A stretch of 64,000 nucleotides of DNA from Ylistrum balloti. Lineage: Eukaryota. Made by a program: the position numbers and the translations under genes. Positions 39,285-53,518 of this stretch are shown here, in pieces. Location: positions 124,001 to 188,000 of the forward strand of contig NW_026782628.1 of the NCBI RefSeq assembly GCF_031769215.1, written 5' to 3'. How positions within the stretch are numbered: the stretch's first letter is position 1; each line of letters opens with the position of its first letter. Under the pieces are notes generated by a model. That model made no database searches, had not been told where the DNA came from, and saw only the letters and a program-made list of their open reading frames with translations.

Positions 39285-39685
39285 TGCTACCTCCTATGCG
39301 AGAGCCCATCGACCCGTCAATGTTGATACAGTTACGTCCAGTTGATTGGAGTGGATGTCCAGGGAGCAATGTTGTGAAGTCCCTGTGATATGGACCCTGA
39401 CTTGGGAATTTGTTCCGAGTCCGTGATACTGACCGTGGGTTAGGAATTCGTGCTAAGTCCATGTGGTATGGACCGTCGGTTAGGAGTTCGTGCCAAATCC
39501 CTGTTATATCTATCATGGGACAGACATTCGTGAGAAGTCCTTGTGGTGTGGACGGTGGGTTTGCCATTCGTGCCAAGTCCCTGTGCTTTGACAAGATCCT
39601 ACTTGATAGAGAAGTCGGACAAAAAAAAATTAAAGACACAGAGATAGGTCGGACCGAGAGACGAACATAGCACATGCAGACATTC
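39285..39685 (-). mobile_element. Non-autonomous element remnant containing degenerate ~40-bp internal repeats
   Basis: About 5 diverged copies of ...ttcgtgccaagtccctgtg... between 39370 and 39595. The ends resemble the same dispersed family seen elsewhere in the window. Confidence 0.35.
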
Positions 39686-40077
39686 GTTTAAAACAGGAAA
39701 TGAGAAAGACAACACTTCTGAGATAAATAGAAATGGGTTTTAAAAGATAAATATAGACTAATGTGTGGAAGTGTAGGGTAATATCACCTGTAGATCGAGA
39801 GAGCAACAGAGCGAGGTGACATATCACAAGTTGGTTCCCGTTACGTGAAATGTCACGACACACCACGTAACTTTATAAAACCTGATTATTTTATCTTAGA
39901 AAACCTGACCTGATAAGCTTAGTCGTTCATATGAAGTTTCCATGACCAATATCTTGTAGGAGAGAAATCAGGTACGTGGGATTTAATATCTCTGTGAGAT
40001 GCTCTTATTTTCTAATACAATATATCAAAATTGATGACATTTTCTTATTTTTCTTCTCTATGTCATTTGGTATGTTA

Positions 40078-40980
40078 AATTTATCTTCTGTGTGTAACTC
40101 GTAGAGAGATGTTAAATTTATCTTCTGTGTGTAACTCGTAGAGAGATGTTGAATTTATCTTCTGTGTGTAACTCGTAGAGAGATGTTGAATTTATCTTCT
40201 GTGTGTAACTCGTAGAGAGATGTTAACTTTATCTTCTGTGTGTAACTCGTAGAGAGAGAGAGATGTTAAATTTATATTCTGTGTGTAACTCGTAGAGAGA
40301 TGTTGAATTTATCTTCTGTGTGTAACTCGTAGAGAGATGTTGAATTTATCTTCTGTGTGTAACTCGTAGAGAGATGTTGAATTTATCTTCTGTGTGTAAC
40401 TCGTAGAGAGATGTTAAATTTATCTTCTGTCTGTAACTCGTAGAGAGATGTTAAATTTATCTTCTGTGTGTAACTCGTAGAGAGATGTTGAATTTATCTT
40501 CTGTGTGTAACTCGTAGAGAGATGTTAAATTTATCTTCTGTGTGTAACTCGTAGAGAGATGTTGAATTTATCTTCTGTGTGTAACTCGTAGAGAGATGTT
40601 GAATTTATCTTCTGTGTGTAACTCGTAGAGAGATGTTGAATTTATCTTCTGTGTGTAACTCGTAGAGAGATGTTGAATTTATCTTCTGTGTGTAACTCGT
40701 AGAGAGATGTTAAATTTATCTTCTGTGTGTAACTCGTAGAGAGATGTTGAATTTATCTTCTGTGTGTAACTCGTAGAGAGATGTTGAATTTATCTTCTGT
40801 CTGTAACTCGTAGAGAGATGTTAAATTTATCTTCTGTCTGTAACTTGTAGAGAGATGTTGAATTTATCTTCTGTGTGTAACTCGTAGAGAGATGTTGAAT
40901 TTATCTTCTGTGTGTAACTTGTAGAGATATGTTAGATTTATCTTCTGTGTGTAACTCGTAGAGAGATGTTGAATTTATTT
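40078..40980. repeat. 37-bp minisatellite, about 24 copies, very homogeneous
   Basis: Unit gttaaatttatcttctgtgtgtaactcgtagagagat (aa/ga variant). No unique spacers. Confidence 0.97.
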
Positions 40981-41647
40981 TTTGTGTAAAACTTAATAGT
41001 GATATATCGTATTTATCTTCTGTTAGCAACGGTTGTACGGAAGAACTGCACTTTTAAATTCAAAGGACCTGTTTCACGGTACATTTGGTTTAGCCCACAC
41101 CCCAATTTAATCTTTATTGTATGGTATTTGTAATACCCCAGTAAACTCCACAGAATGGTTAAAGGATTTAAAGTCATTTACGGTCTGTACAATGTTCTTT
41201 GCCACGTTTCAATTAATTTGAATAGTGATACGATTCACAACATGCACATGCACTTGACGCTATCTTCAAATTATCTCCTGTACGAAGGTAACGAAATTTC
41301 TTAAACTCTAGGCTGGTACAACTACCCGTATAGATTTTAAATGAATTGTAACGTGGCATACAGGATCCGGCAAACCTCCGATTTAGTTTATATTCACAAC
41401 ACAGCAACAGCCCACCAAGGTATATACCTGGTTGGATTCTGGTTCTCATCGGTCTATGTTATACATCAAATATCGTCCTTGACCACTTTTGAAACAAAAA
41501 GCTTGTGTACAAAATATTGGTACCAACGTTAACATGGATGGAGAGTACCACGAGAACCTTACTACTATACGTAATGTATTGCCTAGATTAGCACAAGGAG
41601 GACCCGGAAGAAATTCCATCGACGGCATACATCATAGTAGACTGTAG

Positions 41648-42852
41648 TGGTGGTGGTGTGTGTGTTTTTGTTAATGGTTGTGTGTGTTGTGTTTGTATTT
41701 TGACGTCTGTGTATGTGATGTGTGTGCAGTGTTGTGGTATGTGTGTTTGGTGTGTATGGTGGTGAAGGTGATGATGAGTGTGGTGGTGGTGGTGTGTGTA
41801 TGGTGGTGAAGGTGATGATGTATGTGGTGTGTGTGTGGTGTGTTTGTATGGTGGTGAAGGTGATGATGTGTGTGGTGTGTGTGTGGTGGTGGTGTGTATG
41901 GTGGTGAAGGTGATGATGTATGTGGTGGTGGTGGTGTGTGTATGGTGGTGAAGGTGATGATGTGTGTGGTGGTGGTGTGTGTGTATGGTGGTGAAGGTGA
42001 TGATGTATGTGGTGGTGGTGGTGTGTGTATGGTGGTGAAGGTGATGATGTGTGTGGTGGTGGTGTGTGTGTATGGTGGTGAAGGTGATGATGTGTGTGGT
42101 GGTGGTGTGTGTGTGGTGTGTTTGTATGGTGGTGAAGGTGATGATGTGTGTGGTGTGTGTGTGGTGGTGGTGTGTGTGTGTGTGTGTGTGGTGTGTGTGG
42201 TGGTGGTGGTGTGTTTATGGTGGTGAAGGTGATGATGAGTGTGGTGGTGGTGGTGTGTGTATGGTGGTGAAGGTGATGATGTATGTGGTGGTGGTGGTGT
42301 GTGTGTATGGTGGTGAAGGTGATGATGTGTGTGGTGGTGGTGTGTGTGTATGGTGGTGTGTGTGGTGGTATGTGTGTGGTGGTGGTGGTGGTGTGTTGTG
42401 GTGGTATGTGTGGTGGTATGTGAGTGGTGGTGGTGATGATGTGTGTGTGTGTGTGTGGTGGTGGTGAGGGTGTGTGTGTGTGTGCGTGGTGTGTGTGGTG
42501 GTGGTGGTGTGTTTATGGTGGTGAAGGTGATGATGTATGTGGTGGTGGTGTGTGTATGGTGGTGAAGGTGATGATGTGTGTGGTGGTGGTGTGTGTATGG
42601 TGGTGGTGGTGTGTGTGTGGTGGTGGTGTGTGTGGTGGTGGTGGTGGTGTGTGTGTTGTGGTGTGTGTGTGGTGGTGGTGGTGTGTGTATGGTGGTGAAG
42701 GTGATGATGTGTGTGGTGGTGGTGTATGTATGGTGTGTGTGTATGGTGGTGAAGGTGATGATTTGTGTGGTGGTGGTGTGTGTGTATGGTGGTGGTGTGT
42801 TTGTATGGTGGTGAAGGTGATGATGTGTGTGGTGTGTGTGTGTGGCGGAGGT
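41648..42852. repeat. (GT)/(GGT)-rich low-complexity tract with recurring atggtggtgaaggtgatgat core
   Basis: Directly visible. Source of the His/Thr-rich and Val/Cys-rich spurious ORFs. Confidence 0.95.
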
Positions 42853-43101
42853 GTTCTGGTCTATACTGCTAGTACATACACATTGAAATAACTTCAATAT
42901 CATCAATAAAGGTAATTGAACCAATCACGAGAGAAAAATTATGACCGTTATGTACAGCCCTCAGTCGTAAAAAGTAATGATTTAGTTTGTAGAGCGAACA
43001 TGTCGTGTTAGAAAACTCTCTATGAGATCAAACTCGAATCATTTACGGGAACGATTTCTTTATACACAACAAATTTATTTTTACAGATTTTAGTTAGAAT
43101 A

Positions 43102-43325
43102 ATGATGTCACACGTTGAAGTTGGAGCAGCCTTAGTTGGAGTAGGGAGGATTGGAAAAGTCCACCTAAGGAATCTTGTAGACATATCTGAGTTCCGTATT
43201 AGATGGCTAGTTGACGTCGTGGAAAGCCACGAGGAAATTTCTGAGCTCGTCAGAAAATACAGATTAAACGACGAAGCCAAGGTAACGACCCCTGAGGACC
43301 TAGACAGAGTGATGGACGATTCTAG
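43102..43325 (+). CDS. iolG: Myo-inositol 2-dehydrogenase-like (Gfo/Idh/MocA) coding exon 1 of 7
   Basis: ATG at 43102, Rossmann motif ALVGVGRIG, donor GTAATG at 43326 (phase 2). An acceptor ttacAG at 43086 suggests an upstream non-coding exon. Confidence 0.92.
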
Positions 43326-43509
43326 GTAATGTTTTCTCATCCATACTTACATTTTTACAGGTTCTGGGAACTATCGACTTTTTTATATGAACTAGAACAA
43401 ATATATGTTGAAAGGGGGAGAGTGAAGCTCCATATTCATTTTATAGCATTAAACATCACTACGAGATTTATTTCTATAGCAATATATAGGATGTCTTTCT
43501 GGTAGCTGC

Positions 43510-43700
43510 TGGTCACCTCATTGAATAACATACAGGAGGTCCGCCTCATGAATTCCAAAGCATTTAAGGTAAAAGAACTTGCCCAAAGACACAACAATGA
43601 CAATACCGACTGATTTTCAAATTCCTATGAAATCCTTCACATTGAATCCTTATCTGATGTCACCTTATGCTCGAACCGACAGAGATGTCGGGGTGTCGTA
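43510..43700 (-). mobile_element. CORE-like tRNA-derived SINE remnant in intron 1
   Basis: B-box GGTTCGAGC (43677-43669) followed by gttgtgtctttgggcaagttctt, which resembles the CORE domain. Confidence 0.4.
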
Positions 43701-44059
43701 GATATTTGAAGTACCGAAAGAGAACATTAAAGATTGTGTTTGCAATATAGAGATGAACGAGTATTATGCAAGTACATTTGAATATATGAAACAGGTGACA
43801 GGAGGTGAAGAACAGACATGAATCTTAGGTAGACATAACAGCAGAAAAAAGTGAGAAAGTCAATGTTTACAATTTCATGTCTTTATGCTGTATAATCGGT
43901 TCTCCTTCAATGCTTTTAATTAACATTCAAACCATTTATCATTTTACTTTCTCCTGTTGAAAAGTGCACTTTTTCCATTCACCGACTTTTATTGACAATG
44001 TTTTTCTTTCATTTTGATGTCGTCTATAGAAAGTGTCTTTCAATGTATTCCTCCACCGT

Positions 44060-47000
44060 CTTGTTTTGACAGTGTATTTCCACTGTTTCCTGTTAACAGT
44101 GTATTTCCACTGTCTTCTGTTAACAGTGTATTTCTACTGTCTTCTATAGACAGTGTATTTCCACTGGTTTCTGTAAACAGTGTATTTCCACTGTCTTCTA
44201 TAGACAGTTTATGTCTACTGTCTTATGTAAACAGTGTATTTCCACTGTCTTCTGTTAACAGTGTATTTCTACTGTCTTCTATCCACTGGTTTCTGTTAAC
44301 AGTGTATTTCCACTGGTTTCTGTAAACAGTGTATTTCCACTGTCTTCTGTTAACAGTGTATTTCCACTGTCTTCTGTTAACAGTGTATTTCCACTGTCTT
44401 CTATAGACAGTTTATGTCCACTGGTTTCTGTTAACAGTGTATTTCCACTGTCTTCTGTTAACAGTGTATTTCCACTGTCTTCTATTAACAGTGTATTTCC
44501 ACTGTCTTCTATTGACAGTGTATTTCCACTGTTTCCTGTTAACAATGTATTTCTACTGTCTTCTATAGACAGTTTATGTCCACTAACAGTGTATTTCCAC
44601 TGTCTTCTATAGACAGTGTATTTCCACTGGTTTCTGTTAACAGTGTATTTCCACTGTCTTCTATAGACAGTGTATTTCCACTGGTTTCTGTAAACAGTGT
44701 ATTTCCACTGTCTTCTGCTAACAATGTATTTCCACTGTCTTCTATAGACAGTGTATTTCCACTGGTTTCTGTTAACAGTGTATTTCCACTGTCTTCTATA
44801 GACAGTGTATTTCCACTGGTTTCTAACAGTGTATTTCTACTGTCTTCTGTTAACAGTGTATTTCCACTGTCTTCTGTTAACAGTGTATTTCCACTGTCTT
44901 CTATAGACAGTGTATTTCCACTGGTTTCTGTAAACAGTGTATTTCCACTGTCTTCTATAGACAGTGTATTTCCACTGGTTTCTGTAAACAGTGTATTTCC
45001 ACTGTCTTCTGCTAACAATGTATTTCCACTGTCTTCTATAGACAGTGTATGTCCACTGTCTTCTGTTAACAGTATATTTCCACTGTCTTCTATAAACGGC
45101 GTATATCCACTGGTTTCTGTTAACAGTGTATTTCCACTGTCTTCTATTAACAGTGTATGTCCACTGGTTTCTATTAACAATGTATTTCCACTGTCTTCTA
45201 TTGACAAGGTACTTCCACTACCTTCTATTGACAAGGTACTTTCACTGCCTTCTATGAACAGTGCATTTCCTCTGGTTTCTGTAAACAGTGCATTTCCACT
45301 GACTTCTATTGACAGTGTACTTTCACTGCCTACTATTAACAGTGTACTTTCACTTCTTTCTATTGACAGTGTATTTCCACTGTCTTCTATTAACAGTGTA
45401 CTTTCACTGCCTTCTATTGACAGTGTACTTTCACTGCCTACTATTAACAGTGTACTTTCACTGCTTTCTATTGACAATGTACTTTCACTGCCTTCTATTG
45501 ACAGTGTACTTTCACTGCCTTCTATTGACAATGTACTTTCACTGCTTTCTATTGACAATGTACTTTCACTGCCTACTATTAACAGTGTACTTTCACTGCC
45601 TACTATTGACAATGTACTTTCACTGCCTTCTATTGACAATGTACTTTCACTGTCTTCTATTGACAATGTACTTTCACTGCCTACTATTAACAGTGTACTT
45701 TCACTGCCTACTATTGACAATGTACTTTCACTGCCTTCTATTGACAATGTACTTTCACTGTCTTCTATTGACAGTGTACTTTCACTGACTTCTATTGACA
45801 ATGTACTTTCACTGCCTTCTATTGACAATGTACTTTCACTGTCTTCTATTGACAATGTACTTTCACTGCCTACTATTAACAGTGTACTTTCACTGCCTTC
45901 TATTGACAATGTACTTTCACTGTCTTCTATTGACAGTGTACTTTCACTGACTTCTATTGACAATGTACTTTCACTGCCTTCTATTAACAGTGTACTTTCA
46001 CTGCTTTCTATTGACAATGTACTTTCACTGCCTACTATTAACAGTGTACTTTCACTGCCTTCTATTGACAATGTACTTTCACTGTCTTCTATTAACAATG
46101 TACTTTCACTGCCTTCTATTGACAATGTACTTTCACTGTCTTCTATTGACAATGTACTTTCACTGCCTTCTATTGACAGTGTACTTTCACTGCTTTCTAT
46201 TGACAATGTACTTTCACTGCCTACTATTGACAATGTACTTTCACTGCCTTCTATTGACAATGTACTTTCACTGCCTACTATTAACAGTGTACTTTCACTT
46301 CTTTCTATTGACAATGTACTTTCACTGACTTCTTTTGACAGTGTACTTTCACTTCTTTCTATTGACAATGTACTTTCACTGCCTACTATTGACAATGTAC
46401 TTTCACTGCCTTCTATTGACAATGTACTTTCACTGCCTACTATTAACAGTGTACTTTCACTTCTTTCTATTGACAATGTACTTTCACTGCCTACTATTGA
46501 CAATGTACTTTCACTGCCTTCTATTGACAATGTACTTTCAGTGCCTACTATTAACAGTGTACTTTCACTTCTTTCTATTGACAGTGTATTTCCACTGTCT
46601 TCTATTGACAATGTACTTTCACTGCCTTCTATTGACAATGTACTTTCACTGCCTACTATTAACAGTGTACTTTCACTTCTTTCTATTGACAATGTACTTT
46701 CACTGCCTACTATTGACAATGTACTTTCACTGCCTTCTATTGACAATGTACTTTCACTGCCTACTATTAACAGTGTACTTTCACTTCTTTCTATTGACAG
46801 TGTATTTCCACTGTCTTCTATTGACAGTGTACTTTCACTGCCTTCTATTGACAATGTACTTTCACTGCCTACTATTAACAGTGTACTTTCACTTCTTTCT
46901 ATTGACAGTGTATTTCCACTGTCTTCTATTGACAGTGTACTTTCACTGACTTCTATTGACAGTGTACTTTCACTGCCTTCTATTGACAATGTACTTTCAC

Positions 47001-48095
47001 TGCCTACTATTGACAGTGTACTTTCACTGACTTCTATTGACAATGTACTTTCACTGCCTTCTATTGACAATGTACTTTCACTGCCTACTATTAACAGTGT
47101 ACTTTCACTGCTTTCTATTGACAATGTTCTTTCACTGCCTTCTATTGACAATGTACTTTCACTGCCTTCTATTGACAATGTACTTTCACTGCCTTCTATT
47201 GACAATGTACTTTCACTGCCTTCTATTGACAATGTACTTTCACTGCCTACTATTAACAGTGTACTTTCACTGCCTTCTATTGACAATGTACTTTCACTGC
47301 CTTCTATTGACAATGTACTTTCCCTGCCTTCTATTGACAATGTACTTTCACTGCCTTCTATTGACAATGTACTTTCACTGCCTTCTATTGACAATGTACT
47401 TTCACTGCTTTCTATTGACAGTGTACTTTCACTGTCTTCTATTGACAATGTACTTTCACTGTCTTCTATTGACAGTGTACTTTCCCTGCCTTCTATTGAC
47501 AGTGTACTTTCACTGCCTTCTATTGACAGTGTACTTTCACTGCCTTCTATTGACAATGTACTTTCACTGCCTTCTATTGACAATGTACTTTCACTGCCTT
47601 CTATTGACAATGTACTTTCACTGCCTTCTATTGACAATGTACTTTCACTGCTTTCTATTGACAGTGTACTTTCACTGTCTTCTATTGACAATGTACTTTC
47701 ACTGTCTTCTATTGACAGTGTACTTCCACTGTCTTCAATTGACAGTGTACTTTCACTGACTTCTATTAACAGTGTTCTTTCACTGTCTTCAATTGCCAGT
47801 GTACTTTCACTGCCTTCTATTGACAATGTACTTTCACTGCCTTCTATTGACAGTGTACTTTCACTGTCTTCTATTGACAGTGTACTTTCCCTGCCTACTA
47901 TTAACAGTGTACTTTCACTGCTTTCTATTGACAGTGTACTTTCACTGACTTCTATTGACAGTGTACTTCCACTGTCTTCTATTGACAACGCACTTTCACT
48001 GCTGGCTTTCTATTGACAATGTACTTTCACTGTCTTCAATTGCCAGTGTACTTTCACTGCTTTCTATTGACAGTGTACTCTCACTGACTTCTATA
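44060..48095. repeat. 27-bp minisatellite, about 150 copies, in iolG-like intron 1
   Basis: Unit tctattgac(a/ag)tgtactttcactgcct. The 5' part is a gtatttccactgtcttctgttaacag variant. Explains the 1141-aa and 1146-aa ORFs. Confidence 0.98.
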
Positions 48096-48375
48096 CCTGA
48101 ATGCCCGTTATACCTAAGCAGTGAATTGCTGTAATTACACCATTTTCTAGGAGTCTTTTAGTACCGGAGCTGTCTTTTTAGTGCTTTACAATTACCAAAA
48201 TTTTCTTGGTTGGTAGTGTCCATCTTTTTCAGTTCCCTGTAACAAGTGTTTACTATTGCAACTAAACGGTAGGTTATAGCAACAAGACGTTTAATACCTG
48301 ACATTACATAAAAGCTATCATTTTTACTTAAAATTAATTGAACAAAATGAACACCTTTGAGATTGTGTTGGACAG

Positions 48376-48446
48376 GGTTAAAGTCGTGATTGTCTGTACG
48401 CCAACCATTTACCATGAACACGTCATAATGAAGGCCCTTAAAGCAG
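48376..48446 (+). CDS. iolG: iolG-like exon 2
   Basis: ggacAG acceptor, GTACGT donor. Encodes (R)VKVVIVCTPTIYHEHVIMKALKA(G). Phase 2 in, phase 1 out. Confidence 0.92.
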
Positions 48447-49511
48447 GTACGTACATTTTTCGAAATCCTGAGTTACCGTTAAAGAACGTTCTGATTGGCG
48501 AGTTTTCATAACAGTTTTTTGATTGGCTAGTTTTTATCCCCATGATTTGAAACAAGAAACTCTATCAATATGACAAGCCTGCAGTCCAAAGAGTTTGTAT
48601 GATGTTGCCCAATGATGTTGGCAGCCATTGATGACACCAAGCCGACATAAGATGACGGATTGTGGAAGAGTTTTGATTGGCTGATGAATTAAATGAATTA
48701 AGCTTTGATTGGTCAAAGAATTACGTAGAATTATCTGTTGTTTGTACGTATCAATACAGACCTTATAGAATTTTTTTTACTTTAATGTTGATAAACTACC
48801 CGTGACATTCTCGTCAATAGTAAAAATGTAAACAACACTTGTCGTACATTGTCGGTGATTTATCAGTCGCCATGTTTGTTTGTATTGTAACTTATGTACT
48901 TATCGTTAGTCATTATACATTACACTTTAATATGTAACATATCTTCCTGAAACTAGGCGATGTCCTGATATGTAGAACAGGTCCTTCTATCTCTATGTTG
49001 ACATGTTTGCTAACATTCGTCCATCTGAACGAGAAAAGAACACTAGAAGACTTGGACTATTTTATTACATATTTGTACAGTGTAAAATGTTATTGAATTC
49101 GTGTATTTGATTTAAGTATGTGTACATCAGACCTCAAACGTTTTTCTACAGCAAACATTTCAACAATGGAGTTCGTTATTATCCTCATGTTATAATCTAA
49201 TGTCCCATCAACAGGGCCTCGGGAGTTGCACCCCCCCCCACCCAACACCCCCTACCTCCACCCCACCCCCCACCCCCACCCCCCACTGAATCGAGACAAG
49301 AAACCTAAAACAGAATACTAATTGACCTGAATTGAGAGCACGAAACCTGAGACATAACGCTTGCAGATCTCTATCCAAGCAAATAAACCCAATTCAGACA
49401 ACAAAACCCAAGAGAGGATACCCTCAGATTGCAGTCGAGACATGCCAATCTGATACATATCACCTATATACTGCAGTCATGACAATGAAATTCAAAACAG
49501 AACACACATAG

Positions 49512-50100
49512 ATGGCAGTCCGGACAGAGACCTGTAACAGAACACCCACAAGAATCTTGGTCCAGACAGAGACCTGTAACAGAACACCCCCAAGAATCTT
49601 GGTCCAGACAGAGACCTGTAACAGAACATCCTACAGAAATCGTGGTCCAGACAGAGACCTGTAACAGAACATCCTACAGAAATCGTGGTCTAGACAAATA
49701 CGCCTGAAGCAGAACACCTAAAGAAATCGTGGTCCAAAGGGAGACCAGAAACAGAACACGCTCAGACATCGTGGTCCAGACAGAGACCTGTAACAGAACA
49801 CCCAAAGAAATCGTCGTCCAGACAGATACCTGAATAAGAACACCCAAAAAAAGCGTCGTCCAGACAGAGACCTGAAACAGAACACCCTCAGACATCGTGG
49901 TCCAGACAGAGACCTAAATCAGAACACCCACAGAAATCGTGATCCAGACAGAGACCTGAATAAGAACACCCACAGAAATCGTGATCCAGACAGAGACCTG
50001 AAACAGAACACCCACAGAAATCGTGATCCAGACAGAGACCTGAATAAGAACACCCACAGAAATCATGGGTCAGACAGGGACCTGAAACAGAACATCCTAC
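49512..50100. repeat. 42-bp minisatellite, about 14 copies, intron 2
   Basis: Unit cagacagagacctgtaacagaacacccacagaaatcgtggtc. Confidence 0.95.
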
Positions 50101-50297
50101 AGATCGAAGGTTCAGCTGATAACACCGAAACTCTTATTTTCTGCGTATTCGGTGATAATTTTTTAAACCATTTTGTTAACAGAATGTCAATATCACGCTG
50201 TGATAGTTCTTTCATATACATTTGCCCCTGCCGTTGACAACACTTATTCATTTAACTGAAATTATTGCTGAACAATGATAAGAATGATTTTTTGCAG

Positions 50298-50406
50298 GGA
50301 AACACGTTTTCTGTGAGAAACCACTAGCGTTAACACTGGAATCGGTTAAGAATTGTTACGCAGAGGCAACACGACAGCGCAAAATCCTGTTCTGTGCCGT
50401 CAACAG
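50298..50406 (+). CDS. iolG: iolG-like exon 3
   Basis: tttgcAG acceptor, GTAAAA donor. Encodes GKHVFCEKPLALTLESVKNCYAEATRQRKILFCAVN(R), with the family CEKP motif. Confidence 0.95.
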
Positions 50407-51183
50407 GTAAAATGAACATGATAAACTTAAATTTATCGGTAGTTACATCTCCTAATCTGGTCTTCTGGAAATTCCTCCTTCGCTACTAGGTTATCGTAAC
50501 TTAGGTCCTCAGCATAACAGAGTCCTTAGAAGGAATTAAAAACAGCTTTAAACTGCTATGATGCCCATTAATGACTTGGATGACATACTGCTTTGTTTGA
50601 TTTCTCAATAAATGTTCGGGGTTGCTGAGCCCAAACCTAACAAGAGTTTCAGTGAAACTGATGAATGATCCCGGAAAACGACTTTCACGGACACAAAATT
50701 TTAACAAAGGGAAATAATTATTTAACTATGAAGTTGGAGGCCCTGAATTTGGAATACTGCAAATTCTCTTAGTATTGACAAGTGTATACACTATGTTTCA
50801 ATACCTCCTAAATCATGCAAAATAGGGTGTTGGTTCTTGTACAGTGCGCCTCTCCTTGCGGATACCTATCTACATCTGGAGTTTTATGTTGAGACCTCTT
50901 TATAGTTTTTTGCGATATGCTCCGGACAAAATTATAACAGACGGACAAAGCAGCAAGTATTTGCTCTCCCTTCGTGAGCATAACAAGGAACAAACATACG
51001 AGAGGTGCACTAAGCCCATAAATGTGTGGTACATGTCGGGTACAAGTGGCCATTTTACGTGATTCTCAAATAATTTGTCTTTCTGATGACTCTTTGAACA
51101 GATATTCATTACTGACGTAATACCGAATGATAAAGAAACTTTTATTGGCATCTAGAACAAAAATTTAATTCATTTTATTTCAG

Positions 51184-51311
51184 ACGATTTGATTCCCAAT
51201 TCCGTCAAATTCGAGACGATTTATTGATCGGGAAGTATGGAAGTCTCCGGGTTATAAAGATGACGTCACATGACCTAGGTCAACCAGTGCAGTATTTAAA
51301 GCATAGTACTG
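51184..51311 (+). CDS. iolG: iolG-like exon 4
   Basis: tttcAG acceptor, GTAAAT donor. Encodes (R)RFDSQFRQIRDDLLIGKYGSLRVIKMTSHDLGQPVQYLKHST(G), completing the NRRFD motif. Confidence 0.93.
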
Positions 51312-51709
51312 GTAAATAAGTAACGCCAATAAGTATATTCTGATATATTTATCATTCTGCTTATAAAGTGTACTTAGATTTTCTATGTTAATTTGAGGAT
51401 AACAAAATACAGTATGTCTGTCTGTCTGTCTGTCTGTCTGAGATGGTGAATGAGTATGTGTGATTCTCCGATGTCAATATTTCATTTCTTGCATACAATG
51501 TATACTTTATCGCAGAGTTCGGAGCTATATGGTTCATTGCAACACGTTGCGATATCTGTAAAAAAAAATCATGAATAAGATAAGATGCAAAAATGTCACG
51601 ATTTAGTCAAATCAGCTTTGCAGAAACAAGTTTCATTTCATCAAATCAGTTTTTTGATAGTGCGCATTCTGCCAAGTAGTACCGGTAAATTGGTTTGCCT
51701 TGATTTTAG

Positions 51710-51942
51710 GAGGTATCTTTCTCGATATGGGGATCCATGACATTGACTATGTGTGTTGGCTGGCGGGCGAGAAACCAAATTCTCTAATGGCAACTGTGAC
51801 CAGATCCTCCGAAAAAGCCGAAACTTACAAGAGCTTAGGAGAATACGATTCAGCATCCGCCATCTTGACGTTTCCTAGCGGAGTAATTGGACAACTCGAA
51901 ATGTCACGTGAGAGTGGATATGGATATAGCCAAACAGTAGAG
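51710..51942 (+). CDS. iolG: iolG-like exon 5
   Basis: ttttAG acceptor, GTAAAT donor. Encodes GGIFLDMGIHDIDYVCWL...GYGYSQTVE, containing the catalytic DxxIHD motif. Confidence 0.95.
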
Positions 51943-53518
51943 GTAAATAGTTAGTGGTTATGCACGAGCAGTTACTGATTATGTTTCAAGTCACGAGAAC
52001 ACGAACAGTTAGTGGTTATGTATTCAGCCATCAGAACATGAACCAATAGACTATATAAAACTTTGCCTGAATGCCGGCCTGTGTACAAAAGTAAAAACGC
52101 GGAAAAGATTATCATGCTGAATATCCCAGTCTGTCGGAACATCTATGCTGTTTGATTTTTAGTACATTTGAATTGCTTCTTCGGTACCCAGTTATTTCCA
52201 TAATCAAGTCTTGAAACGTATACTCTCTTCAGACGTGCTTTGTTCTTTAAATCTACATAAATTCTTGCAATACTGATTGTAGTCATAACTTGACATCACC
52301 AGACATATGCGGAAAACCTGCTGCATCGAAGCAACGTTTTTGCACGTTCATATAAAGGGGGGTAACTCTAAGAGAAATCAGTATTTTGATATAGAGTGCT
52401 TCGTTAATGTCTTGTTTTCGACCGGTTCTGTTTACAAGCGCAAATAAGCAAATATTACGCTCTTTTAAAGGATTTTTTTTATGACATAGCAGTCTTTTCT
52501 TTATTTACGGATAAATGATACCATACTCAGATATGATATGAGCTGACAACTTCATAAATACATACATCAGTATATAAACCATAAAGGCTAACTGAACCAG
52601 CGTTCCACTTTACTTGCGATGGTGTGGCGACCTTGTCGTGAGAATGTTTGATATCGGTCTGTATAAATATATATCAAGCGTCTAAGTGAATTTACCTCGG
52701 GGAACTAGTACTCCTAAGGATCGCCGATCAAACCATGAGCAAATTCAACACGATAATCGTAGAGATGACATTTTCTTACAAATTCTAATCATAATAGTAA
52801 TTGCAAAAATATTCCGTATCGTTCGGATATTTCGGATATTTTCACTGCCGTCCAGTAACATTGTATGATATATGGTATACCCTTTAGTGCACTTTCCGGG
52901 AGAAAAATAAATATGGCGCAAATTGACTGAAGCGGCTAATGAGTTTTTCGTCAAATACACAAGATTGTGTCTACCAGACCGAGGCTCGCTTGCGAGCATC
53001 ATAATGATAATGATAAAATTCATTCCTGCTCACAATAACTTACTGAGACACCTTGTGCTAATGAACTGTAAGAACTACAAGTCATTACGTATTGTACTCG
53101 CTGTTCCATCGGACAATGTCCTCACGAGGATGGTGCTAATTTTCTCAGTCGGATATTACATGTACGATGGCCTCCATCTAGATTCAGCTCCCGTTTACCG
53201 TACTGTAGTATTTCATTTGGAACTGTTCTATAGTTGCGGTAGGTCTACAAAGGCAGATTGGTATGCCAATTCAACGAGGGTTTATCGATAAAAATGGATG
53301 TTGTGGCCGTTTAGATCCATCCCTAGTACAGCTATCGGCAACATTTCAGGAACCGAAGTCACACGATGATCGGAGATGCGCAAGATGTTATCATGGACAA
53401 GGGGCCTTAAAAATGTGACAGGAAAATGGTTTCCCAGTTGATCACAGGTCTGCCCCAGTTCCTATCATTTTAGTGAGAGGTGCCAATGTATGGACGTTAA
53501 TGTTGCATTACACACTGC

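Noticed and set aside
40078-40980. CRISPR array (37-bp repeats)
   Set aside because: The repeats are directly adjacent with no unique spacers, there are no cas genes, and the context is eukaryotic. The same applies to the 74-bp array at 53519-54262.
41671-42924. 417-aa His/Thr-rich ORF as a metal-binding or shell protein
   Set aside because: Simple (GT)/(GGT) low-complexity DNA open in several frames, with no splice or start support. Expression cannot be fully excluded without RNA data.
44563-48016. 1141-aa and 1146-aa ORFs as mucin-like or LRR-like genes
   Set aside because: They coincide exactly with a 27-bp array. A stop-free unit divisible by three is open by construction. There is no ATG context, signal peptide or unique domain, and the region lies within an intron.
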